64,000 bases of DNA from the human T2T-CHM13v2.0 reference genome, Homo sapiens: assembly GCF_009914755.1 (NCBI RefSeq), contig NC_060944.1; one strand, written 5' to 3'. Positions 13,604-25,042 of this stretch are shown one piece after another. The notes under the pieces were generated by a model, which made no database searches, was not told the origin of the DNA, and saw nothing but the letters and a program-made list of their open reading frames with translations. The translations under genes were made by a program, and so were the position numbers. The first letter of the stretch is position 1; each line of letters starts with the position of its first letter.

Positions 13604-16164
13604 AATGCTCAGTAACTACATTGTGATGTGTGTAATCAACTCACAGAGTGGAACTTTTCTTTTGAAAGAGAAGATTTGAAACACTCTTTTTGTAGAATCT
13701 GCAAATGGATATTTAGCCTGCCTTGAGGCCTTCATTGGAAACGGGAATATCTTCACATAAAACTAGACAGAAGCATTCTCAGAAACTTCGTTGTGATGTG
13801 TGCATTCAACTCCCAGAGTTGAACCTCTCTTTTGATAGAGGAGTTCTGAAACAATCTTTTTGTGGTATCTGGAAGTGGACGTTTGGAGCGATTCGAGTCC
13901 TATGGTGAAAAAGGCAGTATCTTCACCTAAAAACTAGACAGAAGCATTCTCAGAAACTGCTTTGTGATATATGTAGTCAACTCACGGAGTTGAAACTTGG
14001 TTTTGATGTAGCAGTTTTGAAACACTCTTTTTGTTAGAATCTTCAAGTGGATATTTGGATAGCTTTGAGGCTTTCATTGGAAACGAGAATATCTACACAT
14101 AACAAATAGACAGAAGCATTCTCAGAAAGTTCTTTATGAAGTTCGCATTGAACTCACAGAGTTGTACCTTCCTTTTCACACAGCAGTTTTGAGACATTAT
14201 TTTGTAGAATCTGCAAGTGGACATTTGGAGTTATTTGAGACATAGGGTGAAAAAGGAATATCTTCCCATAAAAAGTCGACAGAAGCATTCTCAGAAACGA
14301 CTTTCTGATTTGTGTACTCAACTCACAGAGTTAAACCTTTCCTTTGATACAACAGTTCGGAAACACACTTCTTGTAGACTTTACAAGCGGATATAATGAC
14401 AGCAGTGAGGATTTCATCGGAAACGGAATATCTTCACATAAAAGTAGACAGAAGCATTCGCAGAAAGTTCTTTGTAATGTGTGCATTCAACTCACAGAGT
14501 TGAAACTTTCTTTTGATAGAGCAGATTGGAAGACCTCTTTCTGTAGAATTTGAAAGTGGATATCTGGACAGCTTTGAGGCCTTCCCTGGAAACGAGTGTA
14601 TCTTCATATAAACACTAGACAGAAGCATCCTCAGAAACTTGTTGGTGATGCTTGCATTCAACTCACAGAATTGAACATTTCCTTCCCTAGAGCAGTTTTG
14701 AAACACTGTTTTTGTAGTATCTGGAAGTGGACATTTGGAGCACTTTGAGGCCTAGGGTGAAAAAGGAAATATCTTCACATAAAAACTAGACAGAAGCATT
14801 CTCTGAAACTTCTTTGTGATGTGTGTACTCAACTCACAGAGTTGAACTTTTCTTCTCATAGATCAGATTCGAAACCCTCTTTTAGTAGAGAATGCAAGTG
14901 CATATTTGGATAGCTTTGAGGATTTCACTGGAAACGGGAATATCTTCCCATAAAAACTAGAAAGAAGCATTCTCAGAAACTTCTTTGTGATGCTTGCATT
15001 CAACACACAGAGTTGAACATTCCCTTTCATACAGCAGTTTTGAAACACTCTTTTTGTAGTATCTGGAAGTGGACCTTTGGAGCGCTTTGAGGCCTATGGT
15101 GAAAAAGGAAATACCCTCACCTAAAAAGTAGACCGAAGCATTCTCAGAAACTTCTTTGTGATGTGTGTAGTCAACTCACAGAGTTGAACCTTTCTTTTGA
15201 TACAGCAGTTTTGAAACACTCTTTTTGTAGAACCTGCAAGTGGTTATTTTGATAGCTTTGAGGCTCTCATTGGAAACGGGAATATCTTCACATAAAAACT
15301 AGACAGAAGCATTCTCAGAAACTTCTTTATGAAGTTTGCATTCAACACACAGAGTTGAACATTCCGTTCCATACAGCAGTTTTGAAACTCTCTTTTTCTA
15401 GAATCTGTAAGTGGAAACTTGGAGCACTTCGAGGCCTATGGTGAAAAAGGGAATATCTTCCCATAAAAAGTAGACAGAAGAATTCTCAGTAACTACTTTG
15501 TGATGTGTGTACTCAACTCACAGAGTTGAACTTTTCTTCTCATAGATCAGATTTGAAACCCTCTTTTTGTAGAGTCTGCAAGTGCATATTTGGATAGCTT
15601 TGAGGATTTCATTGGAAACGGGAATATCTTCCCATAAAAACTAGAAAGAAGGATTCTCAGAAACTTCTTTGTGATGCTTGCATTCAACTCACAGAGTTGA
15701 ACATTCCCGTTCATACCGCAGTTTGGAAACACTCTTTTTGTAGTATCTGGAAGTGGACCTTTGGAGCGCTCTGAGGTCTGGGGTGAAAAAGGAAATATCC
15801 TCACCTAAAAACTAGACAGAAGTATTCTCAGAAACTTCTTTGTGATGTGTGTAGTCAACTCACAGAGTTGAACCTTTCTTTTGATACAGCAGTTTTGAAA
15901 CACTCTTTTTGTAGAATCTGCAAGTGGTTATTTTGATAGCTTTGAGGCTTTCATTGGAAACGGGAATATCTTCACATAAAAACTAGACAGAAGCATTCTC
16001 AGAAACTTCTTTATGAAGTTTGCATTCAACTCACAGAGTTGAACTTTCCGTTCCATACAGCAGTTTTGAAACTCTCTTTTTCTAGAATATTTAAGTGGAA
16101 ACTTGGAGCGCTACGAGGCCTATGGTGAAAAAGGGAATATCTTCCCATAAAAAGTAGACAGAAG
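13604..16164 (+). repeat. 15-mer HOR variant
   Basis: Spacing 13723->16284 = 2561 bp; hybrid M1/M8 monomer at 15481. Confidence 0.93.
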
Positions 16165-18042
16165 AATGCTCAGTAACTACATTGTGATGTGTGTAATCAA
16201 CTCACAGAGTTGAACTTTTCTTTTGAAAGAGAAGATTTGAAATACTCTTTTTGTAGAATCTGCAAATGGATATTTAGCCTGCCTTGAGGCCTTCATTGGA
16301 AACGGGAATATCCTCTCATAAAACTAGACAGAAGCATTCTCAGAAGCTTCGTTGTGATGTGTGCATTCAACTCCCAGAGTTGAACCTCTCTTTTGATAGA
16401 GCAGTTCTGAAACAATCTTTTTGTGGTATCTGGAAGTGGACGTTTGGAGCGATTCGAGGCCTATGGTGAAAAAGGCAATATCTTCACCTAAAAACTAGAC
16501 AGAAGCATTCTCAGAAACTGCTTTGTGATATGTGTAGTCAACTCACGGAGTTGAAACTTTGTTTTGATGCAGCAGTTTTGAAACACTCTTTTTGTTAGAA
16601 TCTTCAAGTGGATATTTGGATAGCTTTGAGGCTTTCATTGGAAACGGGAATATCTACACATAAGAACTAGACAGAAGCATTCTCAGAAAGTTCTTTATGA
16701 AGTTCGCATTCAACTCACAGAGTTGTACCTTCCTTTTCACACAGCAGTTTTGAGACATTCTTTTTGTAGAATCTGCAAGTGGACATTTGGAGTGATTTGA
16801 GACATAGGGTGAAAAAGGAATATCTTCCCATAAAAAGTAGACAGAAGCATTCTCAGAAACGACTTTCTGATTTGTGTACTCAACTCACAGAGTTAAACCT
16901 TTCCTTTGATACAGCAGTTTGGAAACACTCTTCTTGTAGAATTTACAAGCGGATATAAGGACAGCAGTGAGGATTTCATCGGAAACGGAATATCTTCACA
17001 TAAAAGTAGACAGAAGCATTCTCAGAAAGTTCTGTCTAATGTGTGCATTCAACTCACAGAGCTGAAACTTTCTTTTGATAGAGCAGATTGGAATCCCTCT
17101 TTTTGTAGAATTTGCAAGTGGATATCTGGACAGCTTTGAGGCCTTCCCTGGAAACGAGTGTATCTTCACATAAACACTAGACAGAAGCATCCTCAGAAAC
17201 TTGTTGGTGATGCTTGCATTCAACTCACAGAATTGAACATTTCTTTTCCTAGAGCAGTTTTGAAACACTCTTTTTGTAGTATCTGGAAGTGGACATTTGG
17301 AGCACTTTGAGCCCTAGGGTGAAAAATGGAATATCTTCAGATAAAAACTAGACAGAAGCATTGTCTGAAACTTATTTGTGATGTGTGTGCTCAACTCACA
17401 GAGTTGAACTTTTCTTCTCATAGATCAGATTTGAAACCCTCTTTTTGTAGACTCTGCAAGTGCGTATTTGGATAGCTTTGAGGATTTCATTGGAAACGGG
17501 AATATCTTCCCATAAAAACTAGAAAGAAGCATTCTCAGAAAGTTCTTTGTGATGCTTGCATTCAACTCACAGAGTTGAACATTCCCTTTCATACAGCAGT
17601 TTTGAAACACTCTTTTTGTAGTATCTGGAAGTGGACTTTTGGAGTGCTCTGAGGCCTAGGGTGAAAAAGGAAATATCCTCACCTAAAAAGTAGACAGAAG
17701 CATTCTCAGAAACTTCTTTGTGATGTGTGTAGTCAACTCACATAGTTGAACCTTTCTTTTCATACAGCAGTTTTCAAAAACTCTTTTTATAGAATCTGCA
17801 AGTGGTTATTTTGATAGCTTTGAGGCTTTCATTGGAAATGGGAATACCTTCACATAAAAACTAGACAGAAGCATTCTCAGAAACTTCTTTATGAAGTTTG
17901 CATTCAACTCACAGAGTTGAACTTTCCGTTCCTTACAGCAGTTTTGAAACTCTCTTTTTCTAGAATATTTAAGTGGAAACTTGGAGCGCTTCGAGGCCTA
18001 TGGTGAAAAAGGGAATATCTTCCCATAAAAAGTAGACAGAAG
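16165..18042 (+). repeat. Canonical 11-mer HOR
   Basis: Spacing 16284->18162 = 1878 bp. Confidence 0.92.
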
Positions 18043-20603
18043 AATGCTCAGTAACTACATTGTGATGTGTGTAATCAACTCACAGAGTTGAACTTTTCTT
18101 TTGAAAGAGAAGATTTGAAACACTCTTTTTGTAGAATCTGCAAATGGATATTTAGCCTGCCTTGAGGCCTTCATTGGAAACGGGAATATCTTCACATAAA
18201 ACTAGACAGAAGCATTCTCAGAAGCTTCGTTGTGATGTGTGCATTCAACTCCCAGAGTTGAACCTCTCTTTTGATAGAGCAGTTCTGAAACAATCTTTTT
18301 GTGGTATCTGGAAGTGGACGTTTGGAGCGATTCGAGTCCTATGGTGAAAAAGGCAGTATCTTCACCTAAAAACTAGACAGAAGCATTCTCAGAAACTGCT
18401 TTGTGATATATGTAGTCAACTCACGGAGTTGAAACTTGGTTTTGATGTAGCAGTTTTGAAACACTCTTTTTGTTAGAATCTTCAAGTGGATATTTGGATA
18501 GCTTTGAGGCTTTCATTGGAAACGAGAATATCTACACATAACAAATAGACAGAAGCATTCTCAGAAAGTTCTTTATGAAGTTCGCATTGAACTCACAGAG
18601 TTGTACCTTCCTTTTCACACAGCAGTTTTGAGACATTATTTTGTAGAATCTGCAAGTGGACATTTGGAGTTATTTGAGACATAGGGTGAAAAAGGAATAT
18701 CTTCCCATAAAAAGTCGACAGAAGCATTCTCAGAAACGACTTTCTGATTTGTGTACTCAACTCACAGAGTTAAACCTTTCCTTTGATACAACAGTTCGGA
18801 AACACTCTTCTTGTAGACTTTACAAGCGGATATAATGACAGCAGTGAGGATTTCATCGGAAACGGAATATCTTCACATAAAAGTAGACAGAAGCATTCGC
18901 AGAAAGTTCTTTGTAATGTGTGCATTCAACTCACAGAGTTGAAACTTTCTTTTGATAGAGCAGATTGGAAGACCTCTTTCTGTAGAATTTGAAAGTGGAT
19001 ATCTGGACAGCTTTGAGGCCTTCCCTGGAAACGAGTGTATCTTCATATAAACACTAGACAGAAGCATCCTCAGAAACTTGTTGGTGATGCTTGCATTCAA
19101 CTCACAGAATTGAACATTTCCTTTCCTAGAGCAGTTTTGAAACACTCTTTTTGTAGTATCTGGAAGTGGACATTTGGAGCACTTTGAGGCCTAGGGTGAA
19201 AAAGGAAATATCTTCACATAAAAACTAGACAGAAGCATTCTCTTAAACTTCTTTGTGATGTGTGTACTTAACTCACAGAGTTGAACTTTTCTTCTCATAG
19301 ATCAGATTTGAAACCCTCTTTTAGTAGAGAATGCAAGTGCATATTTGGATAGCTTTGAGGATTTCACTGGAAACGGGAATATCTTCCCATAAAAACTAGA
19401 AAGAAGCATTCTCAGAAACTTCTTTGTGATGCTTGCATTCAACACACAGAGTTGAACATTCCCTTTCATACAGCAGTTTTGAAAAACTCTTTTTGTAGTA
19501 TCTGGAAGTGGACCTTTGGAGCGCTTTGAGGCCTAGGGTGAAAAAGGAAATACCCTCACCTAAAAAGTAGACCGAAGCATTCTCAGAAACTTCTTTGTGA
19601 TGTGTGTAGTCAACTCACAGAGTTGAACCGTTCTTTTGATACAGCAGTTTTGAAACACTCTTTTTGTAGAACCTGCAAGTGGTTATTTTGATAGCTTTGA
19701 GGCTCTCATTGGAAACGGGAATATCTTCACATAAAAACTAGACAGAAGCATTCTCAGAAACTTCTTTATGAAGTTTGCATTCAACACACAGAGTTGAACA
19801 TTCCGTTCCATACAGCAGTTTTGAAACTCTCTTTTTCTAGAATCTGTAAGTGGAAACTTGGAGCACTTCGAGGCCTATGGTGAAAAAGGGAATATCTTCC
19901 CATAAAAAGTAGACAGAAGAATTCTCAGTAACTACTTTGTGATGTGTGTACTCAACTCACAGAGTTGAACTTTTCTTCTCATAGATCAGATTTGAAACCC
20001 TCTTTTTGTAGAGTCTGCAATTGCATATTTGGATAGCTTTGAGGATTTCATTGGAAACGGGAATATCTTCCCATAAAAACTAGAAAGAAGGATTCTCAGA
20101 AATTTCTTTGTGATGCTTGCATTCAACTCACAGAGTTGAACATTCCCGTTCATACAGCAGTTTTGAAACACTCTTTTTGTAGTATCTGGAAGTGGACCTT
20201 TGGAGCGCTCTGAGGCCTAGGGTGAAAAAGGAAATATCCTCACCTAAAAACTAGACAGAAGTATTCTCAGAAACTTCTTTGTGATGTGTGTAGTCAACTC
20301 ACAGAGTTGAACCTTTCTTTTGATACAGCAGTTTTGAAACACTCTTTTTGTAGAATCTGCAAGTGGTTATTTTGATAGCTTTGAGGCTTTCATTGGAAAC
20401 GGGAATATCTTCACATAAAAACTAGACAGAAGCATTCTCAGAAACTTCTTTATGAAGTTTGCATTCAACTCACAGAGTTGAACTTTCCGTTCCATACAGC
20501 AGTTTTGAAACTCTCTTTTTCTAGAATCTGTAAGTGGAAACTTGGAGTGCTTCGAGGCCTATGGTGAAAAAGGGAATATCTTCCCATAAAAAGTAGACAG
20601 AAG
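18043..20603 (+). repeat. 15-mer HOR variant
   Basis: Spacing 18162->20723 = 2561 bp; hybrid M1/M8 monomer at 19920. Confidence 0.93.
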
Positions 20604-22480
20604 CTTTCTCAGTAACTACTTTGTGATGTGTGTACTCAACTCACAGGGTTGAACTTTTCCTTTGAAAGAGAAGTTTTGAAACACCCTTTCTGTAGAATCT
20701 GCAAATGGGTATGTAGCCTGCTTTGAGGCCTTCATTGGAAACGGGAATATCTTTACATAAAACTAGACAGAAGCATTCTCAGAAACTTCATTGTCATGTG
20801 TGCATTCAACTCCCAGAGTTGAACCTCTCTTTTGATAGAGCAGTTCTGAAACAATCTTTTTGTGGTATCTGGAAGTGGACGTTTGGAGCGATTCGAGGCC
20901 TATGGTGAAAAAGGCAATATCTTCACCTAAAAACTAGACAGAAGCATTCTCAGAAACTGCTTTGTGATATGTGTAGTCAACTCACGGAGTTGAAACTTTG
21001 TTTTGATGCAGCAGTTTTGAAACACTCTTTTTGTTAGAATCTTCAAGTGGATATTTGGATAGCTTTGAGGCTTTCATTGGAAACGGGAATATCTACACAT
21101 AAGAACTAGACAGAAGCATTCTCAGAAAGTTCTTTATGAAGTTCGCATTCAACTCACAGAGTTGTACCTTCCTTTTCACACAGCAGTTTTGAGACATTCT
21201 TTTTGTAGAATCTGCAAGTGGACATTTGGAGTGATTTGAGACATAGGGTGAAAAAGGAATATCTTCCCATAAAAAGTAGACAGAAGCATTCTCAGAAACG
21301 ACTTTCTGATTTGTGTACTCAACTCACAGAGTTAAACCTTTCCTTTGATACAGCAGTTTGGAAACACTGTTTTTGTAGAATTTACAAGCGGATATAAGGA
21401 CAGCAGTGAGGATTTCATCGGAAACGGAATATCTTCACATAAAAGTAGACAGAAGCATTCTCAGAAAGTTCTGTCTAATGTGTGCATTCAACTCACAGAG
21501 CTGAAACTTTCTTTTGATAGAGCAGATTGGAATCCCTCTTTTTGTAGAATTTGCAAGTGGATATCTGGACAGCTTTGAGGCCTTCCCTGGAAACGAGTGT
21601 ATCTTCACATAAACACTAGACAGAAGCATCCTCAGAAACTTGTTGGTGATGCTTGCATTCAACTCACAGAATTGAACATTTCTTTTCCTAGAGCAGTTTT
21701 GAAACACTCTTTTTGTAGTATCTGGAAGTGGACATTTGGAGCACTTTGAGGCCTAGGGTGAAAAAGGATATAGCTTCACATAAAAACTAGACAGAAGCAT
21801 TCTCTGAAACTTCTTTGTGATGTGTGTACTCAACTCACAGAGTTGAACTTTTCTCTCATAGATCATATTTGAAACTCTCTTTTTGTAGAGTCTGCAAGTG
21901 CATATTTGGATAGCTTTGAGGATTTCATTGGAGTCGGGAATATCTTCCCATAAAAACTAGAAAGAAGCATTCTCAGAAATTTCTTTGTGATGTTTGCATT
22001 CAACTCACAGAGTTGAACATTCCCTTTCATACAGCAGTTTGGAAACACTCTTTTTGTAGTATCTGGAAGTGGACCTTTGGAGCGCTTTGAGGCCTAGGGT
22101 GAAAAAGGAAATATCCTCACCTAAAAACTAGACAGAATCATTCTCAGAAACTTCTTTGTGATGTGTGTAGTCAACTCACAGACTTGAACCTTTCTTTTGA
22201 TACAGCAGTTTTGAAACACTCTTTTTGTAGAATCTGCAAGTGGTTATTTTGATAGCTTTGAGGCTTTCATTGGAAACGGGAATATCTTCACATAAAAACT
22301 AGACAGAAGCATTCTGAGAAACTTCTTTATGACGTTTGCATTCAACTCACACAGTTGAACTTTCCGTTCCATACAGCAGTTTTGAAACTCTCTTTTTCTA
22401 GAATCTGTAAGTGGCAACTTGGAGCGCATCGAGGCCTATGGTGAAAAAGGGAATATCTTCCCATAAAAAGTAGACAGAAG
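20604..22480 (+). repeat. Canonical 11-mer HOR
   Basis: Spacing 20723->22600 = 1877 bp. Confidence 0.92.
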
Positions 22481-25042
22481 AATTCTCAGTAACTACTTTG
22501 TGATGTGTGTACTCAACTCACGGAGTTGAACTTTTCTTTTGAAAGAGAAGTTTTGAAACACTCTTTTTGTAGAATCTGCAAATGGGTATTTAGCCTGCTT
22601 TGAGGCCTTCATTGGAAACGGGAATATCTTCACATAAAACTAGACAGAAGCATTCTCAGAAACTTCGTTGTGATTTGTGCATTGAACTCCCAGAGTTGAA
22701 CCTCTCTTTTGATAGAGCAGTTCTGAAACAATCTTTTTGTGGTATCTGGAAGTGGACGTTTAGAGCGATTCGAGGCCTATGGTGAAAAAGGCAATATCTT
22801 CACCTAAAAACTAGACAGATCCATTCTCAGAAACTGCTTTGTGATATGTGTAGTCAACTCACGGAGTTGAAACTTTGTTTTGATGCAGCAGTTTTGAAAC
22901 ACTCTTTTTGTTAGAATCTTCAAGTGGATATTTGGATAGCTTTGAGGCTTTCATTGGAAACGGGAATATCTACACATAAGAACTAGACAGAAGCATTCTC
23001 AGAAAGTTCTTTATGAAGTTCGCATTCAACTCACAGAGTTGTACCTTCCTTTTCACACAGTAGTTTTGAGACATTCTTTTTGAAGAATCTGCCAGTGGAC
23101 ATTTGGAGTGATTTGAGACATAGGGTGAAAAAGGAATATCTTCCCATAAAAAGTAGACAGAAGCATTCTCAGAAAAGACTTTCTGATTTGTGTACTCGAC
23201 TCACAGAGTTAAACCTTTCCTTTGATACAGCAGTTTGGAAACACTCTTCTTGTAGAATTTACAAGCGGATATAAGGACAGCAGTGAGGATTTCATCGGAA
23301 ACGGAATATCTTCACATAAAAGTAGACAGAAGCATTCTCAGAAAGTTCTGTCTAATGTGTGCATTCAACTCACAGAGCTGAAACTTTCTTTTGATAGAGC
23401 AGATTGGAATCCCTCTTTTTGTAGAATTTGCAAGTGGATATCTGGACAGCTTTGAGGCCTTCCCTGGAAACGAGTGTATCTTCACATAAACACTAGACAG
23501 AAGCATCCTCAGAAACTTGTTGGTGATGCTTGCATTCAACTCACAGAATTGAACATTTCTTTTCCTAGAGCAGTTTTGAAACACTCTTTTTGTAGTATCT
23601 GGAAGTGGACATTTGGAGCACTTTGAGGCCTAGGGTGAAAAAGAATATAGCTTCACATAAAAACTAGACAGAAGCATTCTCTGAAACTTCTTTGTGATGT
23701 GTGTACTCAACTCACAGAGTTGAACTTTTCTTCTCATAGATCAGATTTGAAACCCTCTTTTTGTAGACTCTGCAAGTGCATATTTGGATAGCTTTGAGGA
23801 TTTCATTGGAAACGGGAATATCTTCCCATAAAAACTAGAAAGAAGCATTCTCAGAAAGTTCTTTGTGATGCTTGCATTCAACTCACAGAGTTGAACATTC
23901 CCTTTCATACAGCAGTTTTGAAACACTCTTTTTGTAGTATCTGGAAGTGGACTTTTGGAGTGCTCTGAGGCCTAGGGTGAAAAAGGAAATACCCTCACCT
24001 AAAAAGTAGACCGAAGCATTCTCAGAAACTTCTTTGTGATGTGTGTAGTCAACTCACAGAGTTGAACCTTTCTTTTGATACAGCAGTTTTGAAACACTCT
24101 TTTTATAGAATCTGCAAGTGGTTATTTTGATAGCTTTGAGGCTTTCATTGGAAACGGGAATATCTTCACATAAAAACTAGACAGAAGCATTCTCAGAAAC
24201 TTCTTTATGAAGTTTGCATTCAACTCACAGAGTTGAACTTTCCGTTCCATACAGCAGTTTTGAAACTCTCTTTTTCTAGAATCTGTAAGTGGAAACTTGG
24301 AGCGCTTCGAGGCCTATGGTGAAAAAGGGAATATCTTCCCATAAAAAGTACACAGAAGAATGCTCAGTAACTACTTTGTGATGTGTGTACTCAACTCACA
24401 GAGTTGAACTTTTCTTCTCATAGATCAGATTTGAAACCCTCTTTTTGTAGAGTCTGCAAGTGCATATTTGGATAGCTTTGAGGATTTCATTGGAAACGGG
24501 AATATCTTCCCATAAAAACTAGAAAGAAGCATTCTTAGAAACTTCTTTGTGATGCTTGCATTCAACTCACAGAGTTGAACATTCCCGTTCATACAGCAGT
24601 TTTGAAACACTCTTTTTGTAGTATCTGGAAGTGGACCTTTGGAGCGCTCTGAGACCTAGGGTGAAAAAGGAAATATCCTCACCTAAAAACTAGACAGAAG
24701 TATTCTCAGAAACTTCTTTGTGATGTGTGTAGTCAACTCACAGAGTTGATCCTTTCTTTTGATACAGCAGTTTTGAAACACTCTTTTTGTAGAATCTGCA
24801 AGTGGTTATTTTGATAGCTTTGAGGCTTTCATTGGAAACGGGAATATCTTCACATAAAAATTAGACAGAAGCATTCTCAGAAACTTCTTTATGAAGTTTG
24901 CATTCAACTCACAGAGTTGAACTTTCCGTTCCATACAGCAGTTTTGAAACTCTCTTTTTCTAGAATCTTTAAGTGGAAACTTGGAGCGCTTCGAGGCCTA
25001 TGGTGAAAAAGAGAATATCTTCCCATAAAAAGTAGACAGAAG
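22481..25042 (+). repeat. 15-mer HOR variant on a different haplotype background
   Basis: Spacing 22600->25162 = 2562 bp; hybrid M1/M8 monomer at 24359. Confidence 0.92.
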
